This document shows, piece by piece, positions 37,504-46,318 of a DNA stretch of 46,986 bases. How positions within the stretch are numbered: position 1 is the first letter of the stretch; every line of letters starts with the position of its first letter. The stretch is taken from NCBI GenBank assembly GCA_016926395.1, contig JAFGOT010000031.1, positions 1 through 46,986 on the forward strand. Reading direction: 5' to 3'. The notes under the pieces are model-generated. The model had not been told where the DNA came from. It did no database searches and saw nothing but the letters and a program-made list of their open reading frames with translations. The DNA is from Candidatus Woesearchaeota archaeon (GTDB lineage: Archaea > Nanobdellota > Nanobdellia > Woesearchaeales > SKGA01). The position numbers were made by a program, and so were the translations under genes.

Positions 37504-38420
37504 AAAGAAAAGTCATTCAATTATCGGAAAAAACTTTAGTTGTTTCTTTACCTACTGAGTGGATTAGATCTCAAAATGTTGAAAAAGGCGCAGAGCTTGA
37601 TTGTGTCATTCAAGATTATAAAATAATATTTTCTCCACAGAATAATCGAACTGTTTTAAATTCTATTGAGCTTGATGTTAAGGGAATAAGTGATCGTGTA
37701 TTACGTTGGCAAATTTCTTCTCTTCATAAACAAGGTTATGATGAAATTATTATTTTGAATTATACTGATAAACATTATGAAATAATTGAAGATTTAGTTA
37801 AACATTTATTTGTTGGTTTTATTATTAAAGAACAGTCTCAACTTAGAATAAAAATTGGTTCTGTTGCGATGGTTGATGCAAGTGAATTTGACTCAACTTT
37901 AAGACGTGCATTTCGCTTAGTTGATGAAGTTTTTTCTGATCTTCATATCGCATTTAAAAATAAGGATAAAGAACTTTTAGCAAGACAAATTAATCACGAA
38001 CATATTAACAATCAGTTAACTAATTTTTGTGAGTGTTTGCTTAACAAAAATTTATCTCAAAAAGATAAGGGACATTTTTGGTATGTTGTTTCTTGGAATT
38101 TAGAAAAAATTGTTGACAATCCTAAGTATATTGCATCTTATTATTTGGACAAAACTTTAGACGTTACTGATGAGACGCTTTCTTTACTTCAAGAAATTCG
38201 TGATTATGCTAATCTTTGGTATGATTTATTTTATAACTTTTCTTTTGAAAAATTAGTTAAACTTAATTCTAAGAAAAAAGAATTAGATGCGTTGTGTTTG
38301 GGTTCTATTATTAACATGCCTGAAAATGATCGAGTTTTAATTCATTATTTGCACTTGATTGTGCTACAGTTTGCGGATTTCTCGGCAAGCACCATTGCAG
38401 TTAGGTTTAATCCTAATTAA
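37500..38420 (+). CDS. archaeal PhoU-like regulator with N-terminal AbrB/SpoVT domain
   Basis: MKRKVIQ...TLVVSLP.EW, GYDEI, helical PhoU-like repeats, LEKIVD. Confidence 0.85.
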   Translation: MKRKVIQLSEKTLVVSLPTEWIRSQNVEKGAELDCVIQDYKIIFSPQNNRTVLNSIELDVKGISDRVLRWQISSLHKQGYDEIIILNYTDKHYEIIEDLVKHLFVGFIIKEQSQLRIKIGSVAMVDASEFDSTLRRAFRLVDEVFSDLHIAFKNKDKELLARQINHEHINNQLTNFCECLLNKNLSQKDKGHFWYVVSWNLEKIVDNPKYIASYYLDKTLDVTDETLSLLQEIRDYANLWYDLFYNFSFEKLVKLNSKKKELDALCLGSIINMPENDRVLIHYLHLIVLQFADFSASTIAVRFNPN

Positions 38421-38475
38421 ACACAAGACACATAACCCACACTTTTTTAAAGTATATATTTTATCTTAATCTTGC

Positions 38476-40689
38476 ATGGAATTTAACAGCGACGGTTCTC
38501 TAAAAGTATCCAAAAAACACAAAGATCACTTATCTGTTCTTCGTTTAGTTGATGAAATGGACTTTCCTGTTGGGAAAAAACTTCTTGCTTCTGCTTTAAG
38601 AGGAGAGGTAAATGAAAAAATTAAACGATGCAAGCTAGATAAAAAGATTTATCATGGTTCTCTTGGTGGTTATGATGAGGAAGATTTAATTCGTTTCATC
38701 GAATACCTTTTAACTCAAGGTTTGCTTCAAATAGAAAAATCCAAACAGTTCTCCGTTGTTGCTCTATCTCAGAAAGGAATTGATGAGCTTGAAAATCCTT
38801 CTCTTTCCATAAAACTCGACGATACTCTTGCAGGAAGCCCTGTTCTCAATTCTGTCAAAGATGATTTTTTTAATGGTTCATATGTTCCTGCCATTATATC
38901 CGAACATGATAAATTGTTGTTTGAAGAATTTTCTTTCTTTCTTGATTCCTTTACAGACCAACAAAAAAAAGCAATTATTTGTAATGATGAACGTCAAGTT
39001 TGTATTGCAGGCGCGGGTAGTGGAAAAACTCGTGTTTTGACTCATAAAATCGTTTTTCTTCATAAATTCTTAGGTGTTCCTGCTAATGAGCTCCTTGCTA
39101 TTACTTTCACGCGAAAAGCCAAAACAGAAATGGTTGAACGGTTGGCCATTCTTCTCCCTGGCACTAAGATATGGGTTGAAACGTTTAACTCCTTTGCTGA
39201 AAAAGAGCTCTTAAAACATGGTAATGCCTTTTATGGAGCTTCTAAATCAATGATTAGTAACAAAGATTTTGTAAATCTAGTGTTTAAAGGAATAGCACAT
39301 TTGGGTTTTAACACCGAAACTTTTGTTAGTCACTATTTTACTTCAAGAGAAAAGAGGGGAAAAGAACCTCGTCAGCTCTTCTTCTCCTTTTTATATGACT
39401 TTAGAACAATCCTTGATACTTATATTTTAGAAGGTAAAAATACTGACTTTTTTGAGGAAAAAATTGCTTCTGAGTCCTTATCAGACGCTATTACTGCGAA
39501 AAATGTTATTAAATTAGTGAAATTTGTTGGTGATTTTTTAGAAGAAAACAATCTTCGAACTTATGCAGATCAATTAATTGATATAAATAGTCTTTATGAA
39601 AATTTTTCTGGTTTGAGAGCTCAATTTTCTTGGGTTTTGGTTGATGAGTATCAAGATGTTAATGAGCAGCAAGTAAAACTTCTTGAATATATTTCTTCTA
39701 AGAATTTATTTGTTGTTGGTGATCCTCGTCAAAGTATTTATGCTTGGCGTGGCGCAAATCCTAAAATGATTTTTTCCGCTATTGAAGAGGGTGCTACTGT
39801 TATTGAGCTAACTGCAAATTTTAGATCAACCCAGTCTGTTGTTAACTTTTCAAATGCGATTATTGCTCAAACTAATAGGGGTCATCATTCTTTTGCTCCT
39901 CAATCTGCTAAAAATAAGTTGACTGGAGTTGTTGCGGTTTATCAGGCTCCAAGCGAAGCTGATGAAGTTAATGTTGTTCTTGACGCTATTGATTCTTTGG
40001 CGTGTAATAAGAATGAGATATTTATTCTTTCAAGAACTAATAAGGGTTTAGAGAAATTTTCTCAAGCTTTAATTGATAAAAATATTAAATTTTTAATTAG
40101 AACTGATGAAAAACGCGATTTATCTAGGACGCCAAGTGTTGACGAGTTGACTCTCTCCACTGTTCATGCAATTAAAGGTTTGGAAGCAGAATTTGTTTTT
40201 GTTGTTGGAGCTTCGACAAATAATTATCCTTGCAAGACAAAAGATCATCGTTTTGTTGAACTTCTTACTACTCGTCCAGATTATGATCAATATGAAGAAG
40301 AACGACGGTTGTTGTACGTTGCTTGCACTCGTGCAAAAAAAGAGCTCTACATTTCTTACACTGGCGCACCAAGTCCTTTTTTATCAAGGAAAGTTCTAAA
40401 CTTTGTAACTGAAGGCAGGGGCGCATTTTCAGAGGCTTTTCTAAAACGACAACCGTTATCTACGCCTGATAGAATAGAATCACAACGTTCTGCTCTTGGA
40501 CGTTGGCGATTTTTAGAATCTAAAGAAAGAGGGATTGCTCCTTATATGATTTTTTCAGATAAAGTTCTTGATCAACTCCTTAGTTTGCAGCCTCTTACTG
40601 TTGATGAGTTGGAATCAATTGTTGGTTTTGGTAAAACTAAAATTGCTGAATTTGGGATGGATATTTTGCATATTCTTCATACTAGTTAG
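38476..40689 (+). CDS. UvrD/Rep (SF1) helicase with N-terminal RQC-like and C-terminal HRDC domains
   Basis: AGAGSGKT, ITFT, VDEYQD, VGDPRQSIY, NFRS, TVHAIKGLE, EERRLLYVACTRA. N-terminus G...LA..LRG...HGSL...I..L...G.L; C-terminus LGRWR..ES..GIAPYMIFSDK.L...P....L..I.G.G..K...FG. Confidence 0.9.
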   Translation: MEFNSDGSLKVSKKHKDHLSVLRLVDEMDFPVGKKLLASALRGEVNEKIKRCKLDKKIYHGSLGGYDEEDLIRFIEYLLTQGLLQIEKSKQFSVVALSQKGIDELENPSLSIKLDDTLAGSPVLNSVKDDFFNGSYVPAIISEHDKLLFEEFSFFLDSFTDQQKKAIICNDERQVCIAGAGSGKTRVLTHKIVFLHKFLGVPANELLAITFTRKAKTEMVERLAILLPGTKIWVETFNSFAEKELLKHGNAFYGASKSMISNKDFVNLVFKGIAHLGFNTETFVSHYFTSREKRGKEPRQLFFSFLYDFRTILDTYILEGKNTDFFEEKIASESLSDAITAKNVIKLVKFVGDFLEENNLRTYADQLIDINSLYENFSGLRAQFSWVLVDEYQDVNEQQVKLLEYISSKNLFVVGDPRQSIYAWRGANPKMIFSAIEEGATVIELTANFRSTQSVVNFSNAIIAQTNRGHHSFAPQSAKNKLTGVVAVYQAPSEADEVNVVLDAIDSLACNKNEIFILSRTNKGLEKFSQALIDKNIKFLIRTDEKRDLSRTPSVDELTLSTVHAIKGLEAEFVFVVGASTNNYPCKTKDHRFVELLTTRPDYDQYEEERRLLYVACTRAKKELYISYTGAPSPFLSRKVLNFVTEGRGAFSEAFLKRQPLSTPDRIESQRSALGRWRFLESKERGIAPYMIFSDKVLDQLLSLQPLTVDELESIVGFGKTKIAEFGMDILHILHTS

Positions 40690-40690
40690 T

Positions 40691-40969
40691 CTATTTCTTT
40701 TTTAAATTATTTTCTAAGAAATAACATAAACAGTCGACTCCATCAAACGTAGCTTTTTTCCTAAATGTTAGGGGACCAAATTGTAGATGTAATCCTTCTC
40801 CTTCTTTAACTTCGCTGCTACAAACTGGACATGTTGTTATTTTATTTGCTTTTTTTAGTTTTATTTCCCTTCTAACTAATTTATCGACATTTCCTGAATC
40901 AATGTCTTTTTTTATTAGTTCTAGGTCGTTAATGTCCAAGCCTTCTATTAGTCTTGCTAATTTGTTCAT
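40691..40969 (-). CDS. small putative zinc-binding protein (CxxC...C, TRASH-like)
   Basis: CPVC and FDGVDCL; GAGGTG SD upstream. Confidence 0.7.
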   Translation of the reverse strand: MNKLARLIEGLDINDLELIKKDIDSGNVDKLVRREIKLKKANKITTCPVCSSEVKEGEGLHLQFGPLTFRKKATFDGVDCLCYFLENNLKKK

Positions 40970-41012
40970 TTTAACACCTCGTTAAAATGACTGCTCAAAT
41001 TTTCTTTTATCT

Positions 41013-41672
41013 TCATTTATTATATTCACCCAATCGCTCAAACACACCTCTATTGTCAAGCATTGGTATTGCTTTTTTCATCAGCCTCTTATAATAATCG
41101 TCATTTCTTTTCAGTCCTTCAATAAATTCTTCTTCTGTATGCACCCAACAAGCTATTGTGAATCCTTTTTCTGTTTTATAATTGCTTATGTTTTGTCTTA
41201 AGTTTGTTAGGTGTTCTGCTGTTGTTATTGCAACAAATTCTGCTCCTTCGGATTCGTTCTTAATCATTCCTATTGCGTGTACGTGTTTTAGATATTGGTT
41301 GTGTTTCCAATAGTATTCTGAGAAGTTGACTTTGTTTAAATCAGATACAAAAGAAAGGAATTGGAAATAGGTCCGTAATTGGGGGTCAATTATGTTACTT
41401 GCGAACCTTTTTCCAAACCCCTCCCCTAAGAGTGTTATCTCAATGAGCTCTTCTTTTAGGCTGTAGATTTTTTTTGGTTTTCCAATATGAATTCCATCTG
41501 CTTTTGCTTCTGACTTTACGAATTCTTGAGCTTCTAAAAGTGTTAGCAGATTGAGTGCGTATGGCAGGCTTATTTTTAGTTTTTTTGCCACCTCTGTTGC
41601 ACTGCTTGGTTTTGTTGCGACATGTTCAAGGATGCTTAATTTTATTCCACTTGGCATGTCTTTTTTGCTCAT
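41013..41672 (-). CDS. winged-HTH transcriptional regulator (ArsR-like N-terminus), divergent from the glycogen cluster
   Basis: ILEHVATKPSSATEVAKKLKISLPYALNLL..LE...FV...GKPKKIYSL. The C-terminal domain resembles a degenerate nucleotidyltransferase fold. Confidence 0.75.
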   Translation of the reverse strand: MSKKDMPSGIKLSILEHVATKPSSATEVAKKLKISLPYALNLLTLLEAQEFVKSEAKADGIHIGKPKKIYSLKEELIEITLLGEGFGKRFASNIIDPQLRTYFQFLSFVSDLNKVNFSEYYWKHNQYLKHVHAIGMIKNESEGAEFVAITTAEHLTNLRQNISNYKTEKGFTIACWVHTEEEFIEGLKRNDDYYKRLMKKAIPMLDNRGVFERLGEYNK

Positions 41673-41884
41673 ATTATTATTTTGTAATGTACTATTATTT
41701 AAATATTTCGTTACAAAACAACTAATTAAATTAATAACTTAGTAAATTGTTTAGTTATATTAGTTATTATGCTTTTTATTCAAAATTCACCATAACCTTT
41801 TTAAATGAACTTTACGAACATTATAACGATTCCAAAAAAAGCGAATAACCGGTGAACTTTTTTTGAGAAGAGGTGTGAATTAGT

Positions 41885-43165
41885 TTGAAAGTATTGATGT
41901 TTGGCTGGGAGTTTCCACCCTATTTTGCAGGCGGGGTTGGTATGGTTTGTTATGAACTAGTTAAACACTTAGCTGCTAAAAATGTTGGTATTGATTATGT
42001 CATGCCTTACATGCCTGATGATCTTTCTTCAAACCTTGCAAATTTGATTGATGTTTCTCGTTTGGTTTCAGAAACCGAACTTAAAAAATATAATTTAACT
42101 TTTTCTAGAGTCCCTTCTCTTATGGCTGCATATCAAACCTTGGAAGAATATGAACAAACTTTGCGAACATTAACTGAACAACAACCTGAAACTATTACGT
42201 CAAGAAGACGAGAAAATGACAGCACAAAAAAGATGTATGGTGAAAATTTACTTGAAGAGATTGATTTATTTGCCAAAAGAGTAGCTGCCATGATTGAAAA
42301 AGGTGCTTTTCGTGATTGTGATGTTATCCATGCACATGATTGGACAACCGGACGAGCTGCTGCTGTTGCAAAAAGGATGCTTGGTAAACCTATGATTATA
42401 CACTGTCACATCACTGAAATTAATAAAAATGCAGGCGCGGGTGTTACGCCTGAAGTTTATGCTGTTGAAAGAGAGAACTTTATGGCTGCTGACAAAGTAG
42501 TTGCAATAAGTGGTCTGATTAAGCAAACACTTATTGATCACTATGGTGTTCCTGAAGAAAAAATTGAGCTAGTTCATAACGGTGGCGTTGAAATGGGCCC
42601 TGTTAAAGTGACTAGTCATGAATTTAAGGGCGACCAGAAAATCGTTTCTTACATGGGTCGGATTACTGGGATGAAAGGACCGCTTAATTTTATTGACGTG
42701 GCAAACCTTGTTTTAAAACATGTTCCTAATACTAAATTTATAATTGCAGGCAGTGGAGATCAACTTCAAGCTTGCATTGACAAAGTTAATGCTTGTGGTA
42801 TTTCTGAAAAAGTTTATTTTCATGGATTTTACACTCGAGATGAAGCTGAGTTATTTTATGACTTATCTGATGTCTTTGTCCTGCCATCTTTACTTGAGCC
42901 CTTTGGCGTCACACCTCTAGAGGCTATGAGTAAGGACACTCCAACCGTGGTCACGAAACAATCCGGTGTTTCAGAAGTTATTGATCACGCGTTCAAAGCA
43001 GATTTCTGGGATATTAACAAGATGGCATCCCAGATAATTTCTCTTTTATCTTACCCTGTTCTTCATGAAACTATGAAAGTTAATGGTTTCAAAGAAGCAA
43101 AAGCTACTACTTGGGAGAAGCCTGCAGGTCTTTGTTTGGATTTATATAATCGTTTAAGAGGTTGA
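41885..43165 (+). CDS. glycosyltransferase family 4 (glycogen synthase-like alpha-glucosyltransferase)
   Basis: LMFGWEFPP...GG.G, IHAHDW, GRITGMKGP, EPFGVTPLEAM, SGVSEV. TTG start after GAGGTG. Confidence 0.92.
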   Translation: MKVLMFGWEFPPYFAGGVGMVCYELVKHLAAKNVGIDYVMPYMPDDLSSNLANLIDVSRLVSETELKKYNLTFSRVPSLMAAYQTLEEYEQTLRTLTEQQPETITSRRRENDSTKKMYGENLLEEIDLFAKRVAAMIEKGAFRDCDVIHAHDWTTGRAAAVAKRMLGKPMIIHCHITEINKNAGAGVTPEVYAVERENFMAADKVVAISGLIKQTLIDHYGVPEEKIELVHNGGVEMGPVKVTSHEFKGDQKIVSYMGRITGMKGPLNFIDVANLVLKHVPNTKFIIAGSGDQLQACIDKVNACGISEKVYFHGFYTRDEAELFYDLSDVFVLPSLLEPFGVTPLEAMSKDTPTVVTKQSGVSEVIDHAFKADFWDINKMASQIISLLSYPVLHETMKVNGFKEAKATTWEKPAGLCLDLYNRLRG

Positions 43166-43166
43166 G

Positions 43167-44018
43167 TTGAAATTGACAGAAACTTTGTTTATTGGTCAAA
43201 CTGCATATTTGCAAGGAATGAATGTGTTTGACATTGGAACTAACAGAGCACACATAAATTTGGGACTTATGGGATCGCAAATATCCAACTTAGCAACGCA
43301 AATAAATTCTATTTCTAAAGAAACAAAACAACTTGTTATTCCTGGTTATGTTCTTGAACTTTTGGAAGAAAACGATGATGAACTTCTTGATTCACTAAAA
43401 TTATTAGTGAAAACTAATAATATAAAATTATTATCTGTTCCTTATTATAACAGTTCATTATCTTTGATGTCAAAAGAGGAGTTATCAACTCAACTTAATC
43501 TTCAAGAAAAAATTACTCAACGAATATTTAACAAAAAGAGTGATGGTTTTTTTTGTGCTGAAGGAATTTTGCCTCCAAGCGTAGAAACTGTTCTTAATAA
43601 GAATTATTCTAAAGTTTTTTATCCAAAAGATTCTGCTATTACTCTAAAAAGTCCTACTTATAAATTAATTCAAACAGATGTTATGTCTTTGGGTGAAGAA
43701 AAAGTTGGTTCTTTAAGTATGGCTGATTCTAAAATGGAAGGTCATTTAATTAATGAACTTCGTAATATATATCCTCACATTGTAAACATGGGTGATGTTG
43801 ATACTTTAACTTCTTGGAGATTTATGACTCAACCATCTATGATTTTACGTGCTGGTGTTTCTAATTTTTCTGGAGATGCGTATGAACATTACATGCAAAT
43901 GATGAACACTCTAAATGATATTGCTCACAAAATAAGAAATGTTGAGCTTGCAAAAAAAGGTTTATTTCAAGAAAAGCCAATAATTTCCCCATCCCCATCA
44001 TTGCTACTTGCCAACTGA
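43167..44018 (+). CDS. degenerate, shortened GH57 (alpha-amylase-like) protein
   Basis: PGYVLELLE, LLSVPYYNSSLSL and FFCAEG resemble the GH57 N-terminal barrel; WRFM...AYEHYMQMMNTLND resembles its C-terminal helices. Only 283 aa. Confidence 0.7.
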   Translation: MKLTETLFIGQTAYLQGMNVFDIGTNRAHINLGLMGSQISNLATQINSISKETKQLVIPGYVLELLEENDDELLDSLKLLVKTNNIKLLSVPYYNSSLSLMSKEELSTQLNLQEKITQRIFNKKSDGFFCAEGILPPSVETVLNKNYSKVFYPKDSAITLKSPTYKLIQTDVMSLGEEKVGSLSMADSKMEGHLINELRNIYPHIVNMGDVDTLTSWRFMTQPSMILRAGVSNFSGDAYEHYMQMMNTLNDIAHKIRNVELAKKGLFQEKPIISPSPSLLLAN

Positions 44019-44068
44019 ATTGGCAAATAAATGACAAAAATTCAACTTGAATTTTTAAGAGGTAAAAA

Positions 44069-44425
44069 ATGTCAACAACAAAAGCTGCAAAAAAAACAAC
44101 AAAAACAGCTAAGAAGGCTACTAAAAAAGCAGCCTCAAAAAGAATTCGAAAGAAAGAAGTCTTTGAACGTATTCCTGAAGAAAACTTTTTTGTCTTAGCT
44201 GATGGTAGGCGTGTGGATCATTATGTAACTTTAGCTCACTTGCTAGAGGAGATGGAAGAGGACATTGTTCGTCATCACGTTAATGAACTTCGTCATGACT
44301 TTGCGAATTGGATTCAAGGAGTATTCTCAGAGGAAGATTTAGCCAAAAAAATTGCAGTTGTTCACGATCCAGAAAAAATGCGATTGATTATCTATCGACA
44401 TATTATTGATAAACACTTAAAATAA
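44069..44425 (+). CDS. small protein with Lys/Ala/Thr-rich N-tail and DUF5752-like domain
   Basis: MSTTKAAKKTTKTAKKATKKAASK tail, then FFVLADG...HHVNELRHDFANWIQGVF..EDLA. GAGGT SD. Confidence 0.75.
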   Translation: MSTTKAAKKTTKTAKKATKKAASKRIRKKEVFERIPEENFFVLADGRRVDHYVTLAHLLEEMEEDIVRHHVNELRHDFANWIQGVFSEEDLAKKIAVVHDPEKMRLIIYRHIIDKHLK

Positions 44426-44515
44426 GGTGTTTGTTTTTTTTATTTTTTTAAGGCGGGTTTACAAAAGTGTTTTTTTGTAGATTGGTCTTTTAAGGAAAAA
44501 GGGTGAGTTGTTTAT

Positions 44516-46318
44516 TTGAAAACTAAAGCGGATATGGTCTTTGAGGCCAGTTGGGAAGTTTGTAACAAATGTGGAGGAATCCATACTGTTGTTACGACTA
44601 AAGTTCCTTTAATGCAAGCGCATTATAATACTTATACGTTAGTTGGTCCTTTATTTGATGAGCTTCCTGGTGACTTCTTAGAACAACGTCCGCCTGAACC
44701 TTTTGCAAGAGTTTTTGCAAACCTTGCACAAAGTGGTATTCGATGTGTTTATGGTACTTGGGATATTTTAGGTTCTCCAACTACTGTTTTAATTGATGCG
44801 CGTTCTTTATCTGGTGAAGTTGATAACATTAAAACAAATTTATTTCTTGAGTATGGGGTAGAATCACTTGGTTCTTCTTGGGATTTTAATGAACCTTTAA
44901 TGTGGTCATTTGGTGTTGGAATGTTTCTAAAAGAAGTTGAACATCAATTTCCAAGAAATAGTATTATTGGTCATTTTCATGAATGGTTGGCAGGATTTGG
45001 TTTGTTGTACTTAAAATCTAATAATTCAAAAGTTGCAACTGTTTTTACTACTCACGCTACTATGCTTGGTCGAAGTCTGGCCTCTCGTGGTAAAAATGCT
45101 TATAATAGTTTGGGTAGTGTTGACCCAAGAGAAGCTGCAAAAGAAGTTGGTGTTTTAGAAAAATTTACAACTGAACGAGCTTGTGCTCTTAACGCGGGTG
45201 TATTCACTACTGTTTCTGATATTACTGCAAACGAAGCTAAAACTATTTTTGGTCGAGAACCAAGAGTTCTTCCAAATGGTCTTCCAATTGATTTGTATCC
45301 AACATTTGAGCAAACATCGAACATGCATACTGAATCAAAAAAGAAATTAAAAAGTTTTGTTATGAGTCTTTTTTTTCCATATCAAAATTTTAATTTAGAT
45401 GATACTTTATTTTATTATTCTTCCGGCCGTTATGAATTCGAAAATAAAGGTTTAGATATTACTATTGAAGCTCTTGGAAAATTAAATCAACGAATGAAAG
45501 ATGAAGTTAGTCATCAAACTATTGTCATGTTCTTCTTCCTTGCAATGGATAGTCTTGGTCCTAAACGAGAACTTCTTGAAAATAAAATGCATTTGGAAGA
45601 TTTAGAGGATGACATTAAAGAGAAAGAAGACTTTTTCACCCAACAAATTATTTTAGATGTTATATCTGGTGATAAAACCAAAATTGAAGTTGTTCCTAAA
45701 CAATTTCTGTCAACACAACGAAGAAAGTTTCGTTATCTAAGACGATTTGGTGAACCTCCAATTTCAACTCACAATCTGCACGTTAATGAAGATGATGATC
45801 CCATAATAAAAAATTGTAGGCGAGTTGGTCTTCTTAACAGGTCTAATGATCGTGTCAAAGTGGTTTTTGTTCCTGCTTATTTACAAGGTAGTGATGGTTT
45901 GCTTAATATGGAATACTATGAAGCAATAGTTGGTTGTCATCTAGGTATTTTTCCAAGTTATTATGAACCTTGGGGTTACACTCCTTTAGAATCAATAGCA
46001 TATGGTGTTCCTGCAATCACTAGTAATACTGCTGGTTTTGCACAATTTGTTGCAGATAAAATTGTAGGTAAACATAAAGGATTATACATTGTTGATAGAT
46101 CAAAATCTCGAGAAGAAGAAGTGAATCAACTTTTTGATTTTCTAGAAGATTTTGCACAAAACAATGTTTCTTCAAGAGTTTCTTGTAAGATGAATGCTCA
46201 CTCTCTAGCGTCTTATGCTGATTGGAGACAATTGGTTCGTTTCTATATTTGTGCTCACAACGAAGCTTTAGGAGCGCCATGTTCTCTTGAAGAAACTCGT
46301 ATTGTTGAGGATGACTAA
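44516..46318 (+). CDS. glycogen synthase, GT3 family (eukaryote/Bacteroidota type)
   Basis: FEASWEVCNKCGGIHTV, HFHEWLAG, FTTHATMLGR, FTTVS.IT..EA, SGRYEF.NKG.D, GCHLGIFPSYYEPWGYTPLE. TTG start after GGTGA. Confidence 0.93.
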   Translation: MKTKADMVFEASWEVCNKCGGIHTVVTTKVPLMQAHYNTYTLVGPLFDELPGDFLEQRPPEPFARVFANLAQSGIRCVYGTWDILGSPTTVLIDARSLSGEVDNIKTNLFLEYGVESLGSSWDFNEPLMWSFGVGMFLKEVEHQFPRNSIIGHFHEWLAGFGLLYLKSNNSKVATVFTTHATMLGRSLASRGKNAYNSLGSVDPREAAKEVGVLEKFTTERACALNAGVFTTVSDITANEAKTIFGREPRVLPNGLPIDLYPTFEQTSNMHTESKKKLKSFVMSLFFPYQNFNLDDTLFYYSSGRYEFENKGLDITIEALGKLNQRMKDEVSHQTIVMFFFLAMDSLGPKRELLENKMHLEDLEDDIKEKEDFFTQQIILDVISGDKTKIEVVPKQFLSTQRRKFRYLRRFGEPPISTHNLHVNEDDDPIIKNCRRVGLLNRSNDRVKVVFVPAYLQGSDGLLNMEYYEAIVGCHLGIFPSYYEPWGYTPLESIAYGVPAITSNTAGFAQFVADKIVGKHKGLYIVDRSKSREEEVNQLFDFLEDFAQNNVSSRVSCKMNAHSLASYADWRQLVRFYICAHNEALGAPCSLEETRIVEDD

